From: Candidatus Delongbacteria bacterium
GTDB lineage: Bacteria; CAIWAD01
Direction: 5' to 3'
Assembly: GCA_963663545.1 (NCBI GenBank)
Contig: OY760505.1
Span: 1,376,001 to 1,440,000 of the forward strand
DNA length: 64,000 bases
Part shown: piece by piece, positions 1 to 8,780 of the stretch
How the letters are laid out: each line of letters starts with the position of its first letter
Position numbering within the stretch: position 1 is the stretch's first letter
The notes under the pieces: model-generated
Databases searched by the model: none
What the model saw: the letters and a program-made list of their open reading frames with translations, nothing else
Told to the model about the DNA's origin: nothing
Made by a program: the position numbers and the translations under genes

Positions 1-597
1 ACTGGCTCGTGCACTGATCAAATCGGCATCGGCATTCTCGGCACTCGTGGTCACACTCTGCATTTCTGAAACCGAGGGCAAGCGGCCGCCACTGGATTCG
101 CGCAACTTCTGCTGACGAGCCAGCTCATCGTTGGCCTGCTTCGCTGTCAACTCGGCTTGTGTCACACGCGCTTCAGCGGCCTGCAGCGAAGCACGTAGCG
201 CATTCAGCTCCGTCTCCAGCGTTGTTGTGTCCAAGCGCAACAGCGCTTGTCCCTTTGTAACACGGTCATTTTCGTCAACGTAGATCTCGAGTACCGTTCC
301 GGAGAGCTCGCTGCCTACCGTCACTTGATTGGTTGGCTCCAGATTTCCAGTAGCAGTAACCGTAACGCTCAATTCGCCACGTTCGAGGGTTGAGGTCCGA
401 AAGCTCATTTCGCCTGGACCGCCCTTGCGATGACCCATGGCAAAGGCAACGACGACGACGACCAGCAGCAGTCCGCCGGCAATCCAGGGCCAGCGGCGAC
501 GTGATCCACGGGCCGAGCGAATAGCTTCAGCCAGACTTGCTCCATTGGCGAGCGAGGACTTCTTTTTCATGGTATTTGATTCCTTGGGCTGGTTCAT
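1..597 (-). CDS. Efflux RND/MacA-type periplasmic adaptor subunit (runs off the window start)
   Basis: Manual translation from ATG 597 (ATGA overlap with the upstream stop): MNQPKESNTMKKK...WPWIAGGLLLVVVVVAF (TM)...GELSVTVTATGNLEPTNQVTVGSELSGTVLEIYVDENDRVTKGQALLRLD, the typical lipoyl-like adaptor motif. Absent from the ORF track. Confidence 0.9.
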   Translation of the reverse strand, partial: MNQPKESNTMKKKSSLANGASLAEAIRSARGSRRRWPWIAGGLLLVVVVVAFAMGHRKGGPGEMSFRTSTLERGELSVTVTATGNLEPTNQVTVGSELSGTVLEIYVDENDRVTKGQALLRLDTTTLETELNALRASLQAAEARVTQAELTAKQANDELARQQKLRESSGGRLPSVSEMQSVTTSAENADADLISARAS

Positions 598-2090
598 TTC
601 TCTTTTCCATTCCCGGAGTCCCAGCCACCGCCAAGCGCGGCGTAGAGACTCGCCTGTGCCGCCCACTCGGCAGCCCGGGCAGCTGTCAGCGATTGCTGTG
701 CACTAAGTGCATTCCGTTGTGCATCCAGCACGCTCAGCCGATCCGCGAGTCCGGCCTCTTCTTGTAACACGACCAGATCTGCTGCATTCATCGTGGCCTC
801 TGTGCTATGCTCTATGGCTTCACGCGTGACACGTTTCGCTTCCAGATCTCCGATGGCATTCTGCACTTCCGCAATGGCCTCTTGTACCGTTGTGCGCCAA
901 CTCAGCCAGGCCTGCTCTTCGGCCGCCTGCTGACTTTTGACATTGGCCGCCAGCTTGCCAGCCTGGAAGAGCGGCGCCGTCAGTCCAGCGGCCGCGCTCA
1001 TGGCTAGCTGTTCAGGTGTAAACCAACCGTCCAGATCTCCTGAACTTGCGCCCACGTTTCCACTCAGGCTTAGGGAGGGGAAGCGCGAACGCTGCGCTGC
1101 CTGGCGACGAGCGATCGCAGCTTCCACCTCGGCCTCAGCCTGGATTACATCGGGACGCTGACGAAGGGTTTCTGCGGGAATGCCTGGTGTCACAACGGGC
1201 AGTGTATTTGGGTTCTGTGATACACCGGCCTCAAGTATCTCAATCAACTCGCCCGGTGTACGACCACAGAGCAAGCTAATGGCATTAGCCGATTCCTGAA
1301 GGCTTTGTTTGAGTGCAGGTAGCTGGGAACGCGTGCTTTCGATGGTCGCCGTTTGCTGCAGCAATTCCAACCCGCTATCAAGACCGACCTGCACGCGTAT
1401 GCAGTTCAGCTCATAACTCTCTTCACTAAACGCCAGACTGTTTTGTGTCACAGCATAGCGCTCGTGTAAGGTGCGGTACTCGAACCAGGCTGCTGCGACC
1501 TGACTGGCCAATGTCACTCGCGCCCCATAAAGCGCAGCTTCACTGGCATCCAGATCAGCATTTGCAGCCCGCGATGTAGCACGCTGCTCACCGAACAGAT
1601 CCAGCTGCCAACTAGCCCCGAGTCCCGTTGAGGAGCCCCGGTCGATTCCCACTTCGTCGGTGTCGAGATTCTCGTTGCGTGATACATTGCTTCCGGCGCT
1701 TGCGCTTAGCGATGGCCAGAAACCACTGTTTGTAGAAGTGCGTGCGGCGCGTGCCTGCACCAGTCGTAGACGGGCACTTTCGACGGTTGGTCCTTCGGCC
1801 AGGGCCAGCTCGACGAGCTCTGTAAGTGTGGGATCATTGAAGCGCATCCACCACTGGCTCAAATCATCGGCATAGACGGCGTCGGCTTGTATCACATTGT
1901 GTGTGCTCTGCCAGCTCTCGGGAGCCAGCTCATTCATTCTTGTACCGGCACTCAGCGTGCTGCAGGCGTTCAGCAGCAGGGAGAGAACACCCGTCAACAC
2001 CAGCACAGTCATCCGGCGCGAGTTGCGCTGCATGCGTCTGGATTCTGGCTGTAAACGGGGAGTCGGTACCTTCGGGTTCGCAGTTCGCAT
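594..2090 (-). CDS. Outer membrane efflux lipoprotein (NodT/OprM/TolC family)
   Basis: Lipobox LLNAC, WWMRFNDPTL, ASWQLDLFG, GIPAETLRQRPDV and C-terminal LYAALGGGW. The true start may be 20-27 codons downstream. Confidence 0.92.
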   Translation of the reverse strand: MRTANPKVPTPRLQPESRRMQRNSRRMTVLVLTGVLSLLLNACSTLSAGTRMNELAPESWQSTHNVIQADAVYADDLSQWWMRFNDPTLTELVELALAEGPTVESARLRLVQARAARTSTNSGFWPSLSASAGSNVSRNENLDTDEVGIDRGSSTGLGASWQLDLFGEQRATSRAANADLDASEAALYGARVTLASQVAAAWFEYRTLHERYAVTQNSLAFSEESYELNCIRVQVGLDSGLELLQQTATIESTRSQLPALKQSLQESANAISLLCGRTPGELIEILEAGVSQNPNTLPVVTPGIPAETLRQRPDVIQAEAEVEAAIARRQAAQRSRFPSLSLSGNVGASSGDLDGWFTPEQLAMSAAAGLTAPLFQAGKLAANVKSQQAAEEQAWLSWRTTVQEAIAEVQNAIGDLEAKRVTREAIEHSTEATMNAADLVVLQEEAGLADRLSVLDAQRNALSAQQSLTAARAAEWAAQASLYAALGGGWDSGNGKEK

Positions 2091-2183
2091 GGTTTCCAGT
2101 CCTCTTTGACTGGAGCGAAAATAAGGCGGAGTACCTTAAGCGAAGGTGAAGGAGAATTGGCGAGAGCCCTATCCTCTACAGAA

Positions 2184-2203
2184 GCGCCGGTTGAAACCGG
2201 CGC
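2184..2203. other. GC-rich hairpin GCGCCGGT-TGAA-ACCGGCGC downstream of the FGE-domain gene
   Basis: Perfect 8-bp stem with 4-nt loop, 40 nt past the stop. The U-tract on the minus strand is weak (TTCT). Confidence 0.6.
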
Positions 2204-2242
2204 GAATCAAGATCACATGAGCACAACCGACACAAAGTCCCG

Positions 2243-3382
2243 CTAAAACGAGGTGCGACAAAGGCGAAAACCGGTGTGCGCAAAGCATCCGTCGGGCCAG
2301 ATATAAAAGCGCGTCGCGCTGCGCAGGTACAAGTCGGTACTAAACCAGAAACCGCCGCGGATCATCCGATTGGACCAGCTTGGCACCCCGACAGGATCCG
2401 TTACGGGGCTTGTGCCCAAGTCGCCGTACCAGTCATTGATCCACTCATTGGCATTGCCAGCCAAATCGACGAAGCCCAGCATGCTGGTTCCCAGCGGATA
2501 GCTGCCCACCGCCACCGTATGGCCAATACACCCGCCGCAGTTGGCATACACGCACTGCGTAGGATAAGCTTCGCCCCAGGGATAAGTGCGACCGTCAGCG
2601 TAGCGCGCGGCACGCTCCCACTCCGCATCCGTCGGCAGACGGTAGCCCTCGGCCGTGTAGGGATTGCGCACCGACGGGATCTCGCCCCAGGCGCCTTCGT
2701 AGTAGGGCTGCAGACCGTTCATCATGCTCAGCCAGTCGCAGTAACAGGCGGCCCCGTACCAGCTCAGGCCGATGACCGGGTAGTCTTCGTAGCCTTCGTC
2801 CACGCGGAATTCCCAGCCATACCAATGGATCTGGCAGAAGCCGTCCAGGTCGAGCAGTTCCTGCGAGTAAGCTTGAATGGAATAGGGGCCGATATCAATG
2901 TGGCTGAGATCGCCGTTCATCCAGGCCCATTCCAACGCCACCATGTACTCCGCATTGGTCAGCTCGGTGCGCCCCAAGTAGTAATTGTGGGTCAGCGTGA
3001 CGGTATGAATGGAGTCGCCGAACTGGGCGCCTGCCTGCCCCATGGTGAAAGTGCCGCCTGGTACCAGAATCATCTCGGGCTCATCGACGCCAAGCGCGCA
3101 CACATGGAACAGCTTGAGGTCTTGTCCACTCATCATTGAAACGGGATAGGCCAGCGTGAGAGTTGTTCCGGTAATCTCGCAGAGCAGCGAATCCTGCGTA
3201 TTGCCTTGCTCATAAACCCGATAGCCAAGTGCGCCCTCAATGGCCTCCCACCGCAACGCCACAGCAAGTGTGTCCTGCGTACCGTTCCAGGCCGCGGAAA
3301 TCTTCGGCTTAGGGGAATCGATGGCTTGAGCAGAAAACGAAAACACAGTGAAAAGCAGAAATCCGATAGCAATACGCGACAT
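2243..3382 (-). CDS. Secreted formylglycine-generating-enzyme (FGE-sulfatase, C-type-lectin fold) domain protein
   Basis: RBS GAGGAGG before ATG 3382 and a signal peptide. Motifs MILVPGGTFTMG, YRLPTDAEWERAAR, DLAGNANEW, RMIRGG..W and GFRLCR. Confidence 0.88.
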   Translation of the reverse strand: MSRIAIGFLLFTVFSFSAQAIDSPKPKISAAWNGTQDTLAVALRWEAIEGALGYRVYEQGNTQDSLLCEITGTTLTLAYPVSMMSGQDLKLFHVCALGVDEPEMILVPGGTFTMGQAGAQFGDSIHTVTLTHNYYLGRTELTNAEYMVALEWAWMNGDLSHIDIGPYSIQAYSQELLDLDGFCQIHWYGWEFRVDEGYEDYPVIGLSWYGAACYCDWLSMMNGLQPYYEGAWGEIPSVRNPYTAEGYRLPTDAEWERAARYADGRTYPWGEAYPTQCVYANCGGCIGHTVAVGSYPLGTSMLGFVDLAGNANEWINDWYGDLGTSPVTDPVGVPSWSNRMIRGGFWFSTDLYLRSATRFYIWPDGCFAHTGFRLCRTSF

Positions 3383-3539
3383 GGTGACCTCCTCTGCGCA
3401 ATTGGACGGTTCTGACATCCCGGTGCGCAAATGCCATGCCTTGGTCATGCGGCGCAGAACTCCAGCATTTCAGCTTTGGCAATTGGCTCAATCCTTAGTG
3501 CGAATGACACAGAACTGCTCGAATCGCCCGATGCTGAAC

Positions 3540-3568
3540 AGAAAACTCCGGCCGCAGCCGGAGTTCTC
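3540..3568 (-). terminator. Rho-independent terminator of the DEAD-box helicase gene
   Basis: Minus strand reads GAGAACTCCGGC-TGCG-GCCGGAGTTTTCT, about 45 nt after the stop. Confidence 0.7.
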
Positions 3569-3611
3569 ATCGCCTATCATGTCTTGACGAAGGGCGCCGC
3601 AGAGATTGCCG

Positions 3612-5633
3612 CTAGGGCCTTGCTGCAGCCGCATTGCCGCGGCCCTGGGAACGCGGTGCTCCCGGACGCGCGCCCCGCTTGGCCTGGCTAGGGCGCCCTT
3701 TACCACCCTGGCCAGCGCGATCGGGTCGGTAGTCAGCATAGGAATTCCGCGGATCGCTGCCGCGGGATCCCGAAGTCGCGGAACGCTTGGCGTGTCCATT
3801 CGCGGGCTTGTTGCCGCCATGACCCGAACGATAGTTCGAAGTAGCCTCGCCGGAAGTGAACTCCGCAGGACGAGCCCCGCTTTTCGAACGGTCCCTGGCA
3901 TAGCCCTTGCCCGTATCACCGCGACGTGAGGTTTCGCCCTGTTCCCTTGTATCACGATCGGAACGGCGCCCTTCCTTGCGGGGAGCGTCGGCGTCTGTGT
4001 CTTTCCAGCCGGAGCCGGCAGAGGCAGCGGCGGCCTGTCGGATAAAGAGGTCGAAGTTGCCCTTGCTGGATCCGTGACGGCGCGCATCCTTCTGTCCGGA
4101 GCGCGGTGGCTTCTGCTTCTCGTAAGTAGGCGTCGGCGAGGAGTGCGAGGAGTTCTGGGGCGTGTACTCAGGCCTCTGCGTGGAATAGGCAGACTTCTGT
4201 GAGGTATGCGAAGACTTCTGAGCCGGGCGAGCCGTTTTAAAAGCCGGGCGCGCCTTACGACGCTCGCCGAATCCTGCACCTGTATCACGGGGTGTGTTAC
4301 GACCGCGTCCGCGCTTCTCTCCGCTGGTTGCGCCCTTGCCGAAATTGGGCGGAGCGGGTAGCGTGCTCAGCATTGAGGCGTTGTCGTGATACTCGTGATC
4401 CAGCTGCGGTGGAACGGACTGTCCAAGCATGCGCTCGATATCGCGCAAGTAGGCGCGCTCTTCTGCACTGCAGAAGGAGATGGCATCGCCACCAGCACCC
4501 GCACGCGCAGTACGCCCGATGCGATGGACATAGGTCTCGGCCTCGACGGGAAGATCATAGTTGATCACATGTGTCACATCGTCCACATCCAGACCGCGGG
4601 CAGCGACGTCGGTCGCAACCAGCACGCGGTAGCGTCCCTGACGGAAGCCCTGCAGCGCTTTGATCCGCACTGACTGGCTCTTGTTGCCGTGAATGGCGAC
4701 GGCACTGGTTCCGACCTCGCCCAGTTTCTCAGCCACTTTATTCGCCTGATGCTTCATCTGCGTAAAGACAATCGCTTTGCTGATGTTTGTATCACTCAGC
4801 AGCGAAAGCAGCAGGGCATCCTTGTCTTTCTTGCCAACAAAGAGCACACGCTGACTGATGCGATCTACGGTGAGCTGTTCCGGCTCGATGGACACGCGCA
4901 CCGGATCGCGCACGATACCCTCGGCGAGCTTTTCCATCTTGGGCGGCATGGTGGCAGAGAAGAATAGCGTCTGCCTCTCCTCCGGAACCTGCTCCAGCAC
5001 ACGCTGAATGTCTGGCATGAAGCCCATGTCGAGCATGCGATCGACTTCGTCCAGCACAAAGACTTCAACAGCGCTCAGCTGCACGTGCCCCTGCTGGGCC
5101 AGGTCAAGCAGACGCCCGGGAGTGGCCACCAGAATATCCACGCCACGCTGCAGCGCACGCACCTGATGATACTGGGGAACACCGCCGAAAATCACCGTGT
5201 GTGATACACGCAGGTGTCTGCCATAGGTCGTCAGGCTGTCGCCGATCTGAGCTGCCAGCTCGCGGGTCGGGGCCAGAATCAGCGCATGCGGAAAGTTGGA
5301 CTGCGGACGCTGCTTGTTCTTGGACATCCGCTCCAGCAAGGGGAGCGCGAAAGCGGCCGTCTTACCCGTACCGGTTTGGGCCGTACCCAGCAAGTCGAGA
5401 CCCTTCATCAGATGCGGGATGGACTGTTCCTGTACGGGCGTCGGTGTTACATAGCCTTCGGCCACAATAGCGCGAATCAGTTCGGGACGCAGAGTACGAA
5501 AAGCGCCCTCGACCTGTGTCACATCAACATAGACTTCCTGCGGCTCGGGCTTGCGGGCCGGACGATACTCTGCACTGCGCGCAGCACTATTGCGCGGCTT
5601 GCGTCGCGGTGACGCATCCTGTCGGTTCTTCAT
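3612..5633 (-). CDS. rhlE: DEAD-box ATP-dependent RNA helicase (RhlE-like) with long low-complexity C-terminal tail
   Basis: Motifs AQTGTGKT, PTRELA, TPGRL, DEVD, SAT, ARGLD and HRIGRTAR, followed by about 240 aa rich in R/G/S/D. Confidence 0.88.
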   Translation of the reverse strand: MKNRQDASPRRKPRNSAARSAEYRPARKPEPQEVYVDVTQVEGAFRTLRPELIRAIVAEGYVTPTPVQEQSIPHLMKGLDLLGTAQTGTGKTAAFALPLLERMSKNKQRPQSNFPHALILAPTRELAAQIGDSLTTYGRHLRVSHTVIFGGVPQYHQVRALQRGVDILVATPGRLLDLAQQGHVQLSAVEVFVLDEVDRMLDMGFMPDIQRVLEQVPEERQTLFFSATMPPKMEKLAEGIVRDPVRVSIEPEQLTVDRISQRVLFVGKKDKDALLLSLLSDTNISKAIVFTQMKHQANKVAEKLGEVGTSAVAIHGNKSQSVRIKALQGFRQGRYRVLVATDVAARGLDVDDVTHVINYDLPVEAETYVHRIGRTARAGAGGDAISFCSAEERAYLRDIERMLGQSVPPQLDHEYHDNASMLSTLPAPPNFGKGATSGEKRGRGRNTPRDTGAGFGERRKARPAFKTARPAQKSSHTSQKSAYSTQRPEYTPQNSSHSSPTPTYEKQKPPRSGQKDARRHGSSKGNFDLFIRQAAAASAGSGWKDTDADAPRKEGRRSDRDTREQGETSRRGDTGKGYARDRSKSGARPAEFTSGEATSNYRSGHGGNKPANGHAKRSATSGSRGSDPRNSYADYRPDRAGQGGKGRPSQAKRGARPGAPRSQGRGNAAAARP

Positions 5634-5972
5634 GCTTCTCCAAGTCCGGGCAATGGTTACAACTCTTCACCCGCCGGACACGTGGAAAAGAAAGGACCGC
5701 GCTGGCTAGCTTCTATTGGCTGCTCGTTGGGCGGTATGACTGAAAAAGCGAGCGCGCTCTACGCACTCGTGCCGAAGATCTGATGCCAGTGGCTGCTTCG
5801 ACAATCCATAAGCGAGCAATGATAAGTGATCTTGAGCAGCTTTACAACTCTGGGTTGCTATAACGCTCCCGCGCCAGTCTGATGCCGCTGGTGGCGTCAT
5901 TGGTCTCGCATCGCCTACTAAACACATTTCATGTTCGGCCCGGTCGGCGCCTGCGACGAGACGGCGCCGACC

Positions 5973-6560
5973 TCAGGGCGCAGGTTTGTCTAGTTCTGTC
6001 AGCACATTGCGCAGAGTGGTATCGCCAACTTGTGCAGTTTCCCAGAGCATCTGAAACACGCGGTGAGCGTCACCCCAGCTCTCAAGCTCGCCGCTAAGCA
6101 CGCCGCGAAAGGTCCAATTCACGACTTCCTGCACCATTTCACATGAGATTTCCGCCATGGCCAATTGATCTGTGATACGAAACTCCAGGTGTGACAGATC
6201 ACCGGTCGCCATCGCCGCGCGATAGGCGGCAATGCGAATCACGGGCGGATACACGCCCTTCCAACCGGAAATGCTGGCAACCGAAAAGGTCTCGTCATAA
6301 TGTCCCCTTCCCAGGCTGTCAATGGCTGCCATCATGGATGCGTAATACAAACTGCGATTACTGAGCTGCACCTGGTTACTACGAACTTCCTCACTGATGT
6401 GATTCAAAGCTTCCTGAGCTGATCGCTGCGCGTTGTGCTCCTCGCGCCATTCGTTGGCAACGAATCCCAGCAATACAGCGAGGGCAATTGACACCATTTC
6501 GACTATGACTGTGTGATACAAACGACTATTGGTCTTCGAGAACTGACGCATCAATTTCAT
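5973..6560 (-). CDS. Hypothetical protein with N-terminal membrane anchor
   Basis: EMVSIALAVLLGFVANEWRE (TM) followed by a coiled coil. GGGGAGG precedes ATG 6560, and a 10-bp inverted repeat (5942-5972) follows the stop. Confidence 0.7.
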   Translation of the reverse strand: MKLMRQFSKTNSRLYHTVIVEMVSIALAVLLGFVANEWREEHNAQRSAQEALNHISEEVRSNQVQLSNRSLYYASMMAAIDSLGRGHYDETFSVASISGWKGVYPPVIRIAAYRAAMATGDLSHLEFRITDQLAMAEISCEMVQEVVNWTFRGVLSGELESWGDAHRVFQMLWETAQVGDTTLRNVLTELDKPAP

Positions 6561-6703
6561 ACCTCCCCCACTTGCCAGACTCATTCGGACCTGCAACATG
6601 TCACACGATCAGGCGGTGGGCAAGCAAAGAACGATTCGCTGAAGTTTGGCACGGCTATGCGCAACACAAGTGCGTCTTCTCGGCAAGAGAGACATATTCG
6701 ACC

Positions 6704-8656
6704 CTAGTTCGACCCGTTCGCCGGCTCGTTGACCATTCTTTCCAGCATCAGGCAAAGGTTCTTGATGAGGTAGGGCTTGTGCAGAAACTCCGTCAGATCA
6801 TGCCGCAGCTCGGCTTCTACTTCCCGCTCGTCATATCCGCTTGAAAGCACTACAGGTAAGCGGGGCGCGAGTTCGCGAAGCTGGTGAAGCACTTCAAGAC
6901 CACTCACGCCCGGCATATTCAGGTCCAGAACAACAGCACTAAGCCGCTGACTGTACTCTTCCAGAAGTCTTACGGCCTCTTGCCCATCTCTGGCAATCAG
7001 CACATCGTAGCCCTTGCGCTGTAGACCGATGCGCAAGGTCGTCGACAGATCCACTTCATCGTCGACCAGCAGCACGAGGCCGGACGAAGGCGTATTCTTA
7101 TGTTCCTCTGTAACACGCTCCGGAGTTGACTCGTGTAACACAGCGGGTAGAAGAGCACGAAACACACAGCCTTGGTTAACTGAATTCTCCAGTTGCAGAG
7201 CACCGCGATTACTCCTCACAATGCCCAAAACGGCTGCTAGGCCCAGACCACGTCCTTGAAATTTGGTGGTAAAAAAGGGATCACAAATCCTTGCAACATG
7301 CTCTACCGAAATTCCTCTGCCTGTATCACGAACCTCCAACTGGACGTACTGTCCGGGCTTTGGCGGCTCACTAATCCAATCCGCGGCCTGCGTTCCGGCA
7401 ATCTCCCTTTTGCTCAGACATACAGTAACGTCACCACCATTTGCATCACATGCTTCTATCGCATTTGTCACAAGGTTTGTCAGCAACTGTTTGAGTTGTG
7501 ATACATCAATCTGCAGCCGTCCAGGAGTATCACCAACATCCAGTTTCAACTTCACCGTAGGTGGAGCGCTTAACGAAAGCCAGTGCGCGAGCTGCTGTAC
7601 GAGTGGCACTGGATCCACAAGTTCCTTGCGCCCTGAACGCTGCCCGGAGAACGTCAGCAGCTGATCGCAAATGGAAGAGGCGCGGCTTACGCTGCCAATG
7701 ATCGCCTGCAGGGAACTTGCCGTGTGCGATTCCGCATCGTGATCCAACATCACCACTTCAGCTCGATTGGAAATGGTCTGCAGAATGTTGTTGAACTCGT
7801 GTGCTACACCGGCAGCAAGAACTGCGATTGATTCTAGCTTCTGATTCTGTAGCAGCTTCTCTTGCAAGGACAGGCTCTGATGCTGTTCGCGTAGTAGCGG
7901 CCTGAGATCGTGGACAATGTGAATTGTGCCCAGCAGCTGCCCGTTTTCATCCAGGTGCGGGGCGCAGCTCACCTCAAACTCGCCCGCCGGATTCTTCAAT
8001 GTCACACGCACACGATGGCTCTGCTTTCCGCGTACTGTGTCGTCATAGGGACAAGCGGCGCAGATTTCTCCATTCCCAAAGACGTCGTAGCACTTGCAGC
8101 CAATCAGCTCCTGCTGGCTCTTCCCGGCTGCCTGACACAAGCTCACATTTGCTCGCTGCAGCCTCATTTCTGTGTCCAACAAGGCGATCATATCTGGCGA
8201 CGCATTTACGGTCGCCTCCCACTCACGCTTGGCGCGTAGCACTTCCTGGCGATAGCCGTATTCCTTGCTAACATCAACAATGCTGAGAACAGTGCCTCCG
8301 CCTTCTGGAAAATTGCAGTGTTTGCCGTTGATTTTGCACCACAGAACATGCCCATTGCGGTGCTTCAGCGGATACTCGAATGTGTGTGCCGGGCCACCAT
8401 CACGCTGCAAATCGCAGTTCCCAAGCAGAGACAGCGGACAATCCTGCCTGTCATGGAGAAGGCATGGATTCTTACCCAGCAGCTCTTTCTCGGAATACCC
8501 CAGGAGTTCTTCTAGCTGTGGATTCACCTGGCAAATCGCATTTTCACGAACTACCAGTATGCCGACCGGACAATGACGAAAAGCAGCTTCACGCTCCAGG
8601 TATTCAGCGGTTGCAGTGAAATCTTCCTCAGCGGTCCACGGTGAATTCTTGCTCAT
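6704..8656 (-). CDS. PAS-domain hybrid sensor histidine kinase/response regulator
   Basis: Two PAS domains, H-box AGVAHEFNNIL, N-box NLVTNAIEA, DTGRGI, FFTTKFQGRGLGL and a receiver domain (LLVDDE, LDLNMP, KPY). Confidence 0.93.
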   Translation of the reverse strand: MSKNSPWTAEEDFTATAEYLEREAAFRHCPVGILVVRENAICQVNPQLEELLGYSEKELLGKNPCLLHDRQDCPLSLLGNCDLQRDGGPAHTFEYPLKHRNGHVLWCKINGKHCNFPEGGGTVLSIVDVSKEYGYRQEVLRAKREWEATVNASPDMIALLDTEMRLQRANVSLCQAAGKSQQELIGCKCYDVFGNGEICAACPYDDTVRGKQSHRVRVTLKNPAGEFEVSCAPHLDENGQLLGTIHIVHDLRPLLREQHQSLSLQEKLLQNQKLESIAVLAAGVAHEFNNILQTISNRAEVVMLDHDAESHTASSLQAIIGSVSRASSICDQLLTFSGQRSGRKELVDPVPLVQQLAHWLSLSAPPTVKLKLDVGDTPGRLQIDVSQLKQLLTNLVTNAIEACDANGGDVTVCLSKREIAGTQAADWISEPPKPGQYVQLEVRDTGRGISVEHVARICDPFFTTKFQGRGLGLAAVLGIVRSNRGALQLENSVNQGCVFRALLPAVLHESTPERVTEEHKNTPSSGLVLLVDDEVDLSTTLRIGLQRKGYDVLIARDGQEAVRLLEEYSQRLSAVVLDLNMPGVSGLEVLHQLRELAPRLPVVLSSGYDEREVEAELRHDLTEFLHKPYLIKNLCLMLERMVNEPANGSN

Positions 8657-8780
8657 ACCACCTCCCGACAAGGATCTCCTACCGCAACGGCATGATCCGT
8701 ATACGGAAGTAACAATACGTTATTAGTATCGGCATTATTTGACACCGATCTGAGCGAGATCTGCGGAAGAAGTCCGCGAG

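Noticed and set aside
3488..4288. 266-aa alternative-frame ORF over the helicase tail
   Set aside because: It is an R/P/A-rich shadow frame of a low-complexity GC-rich region, with no RBS or domain evidence.
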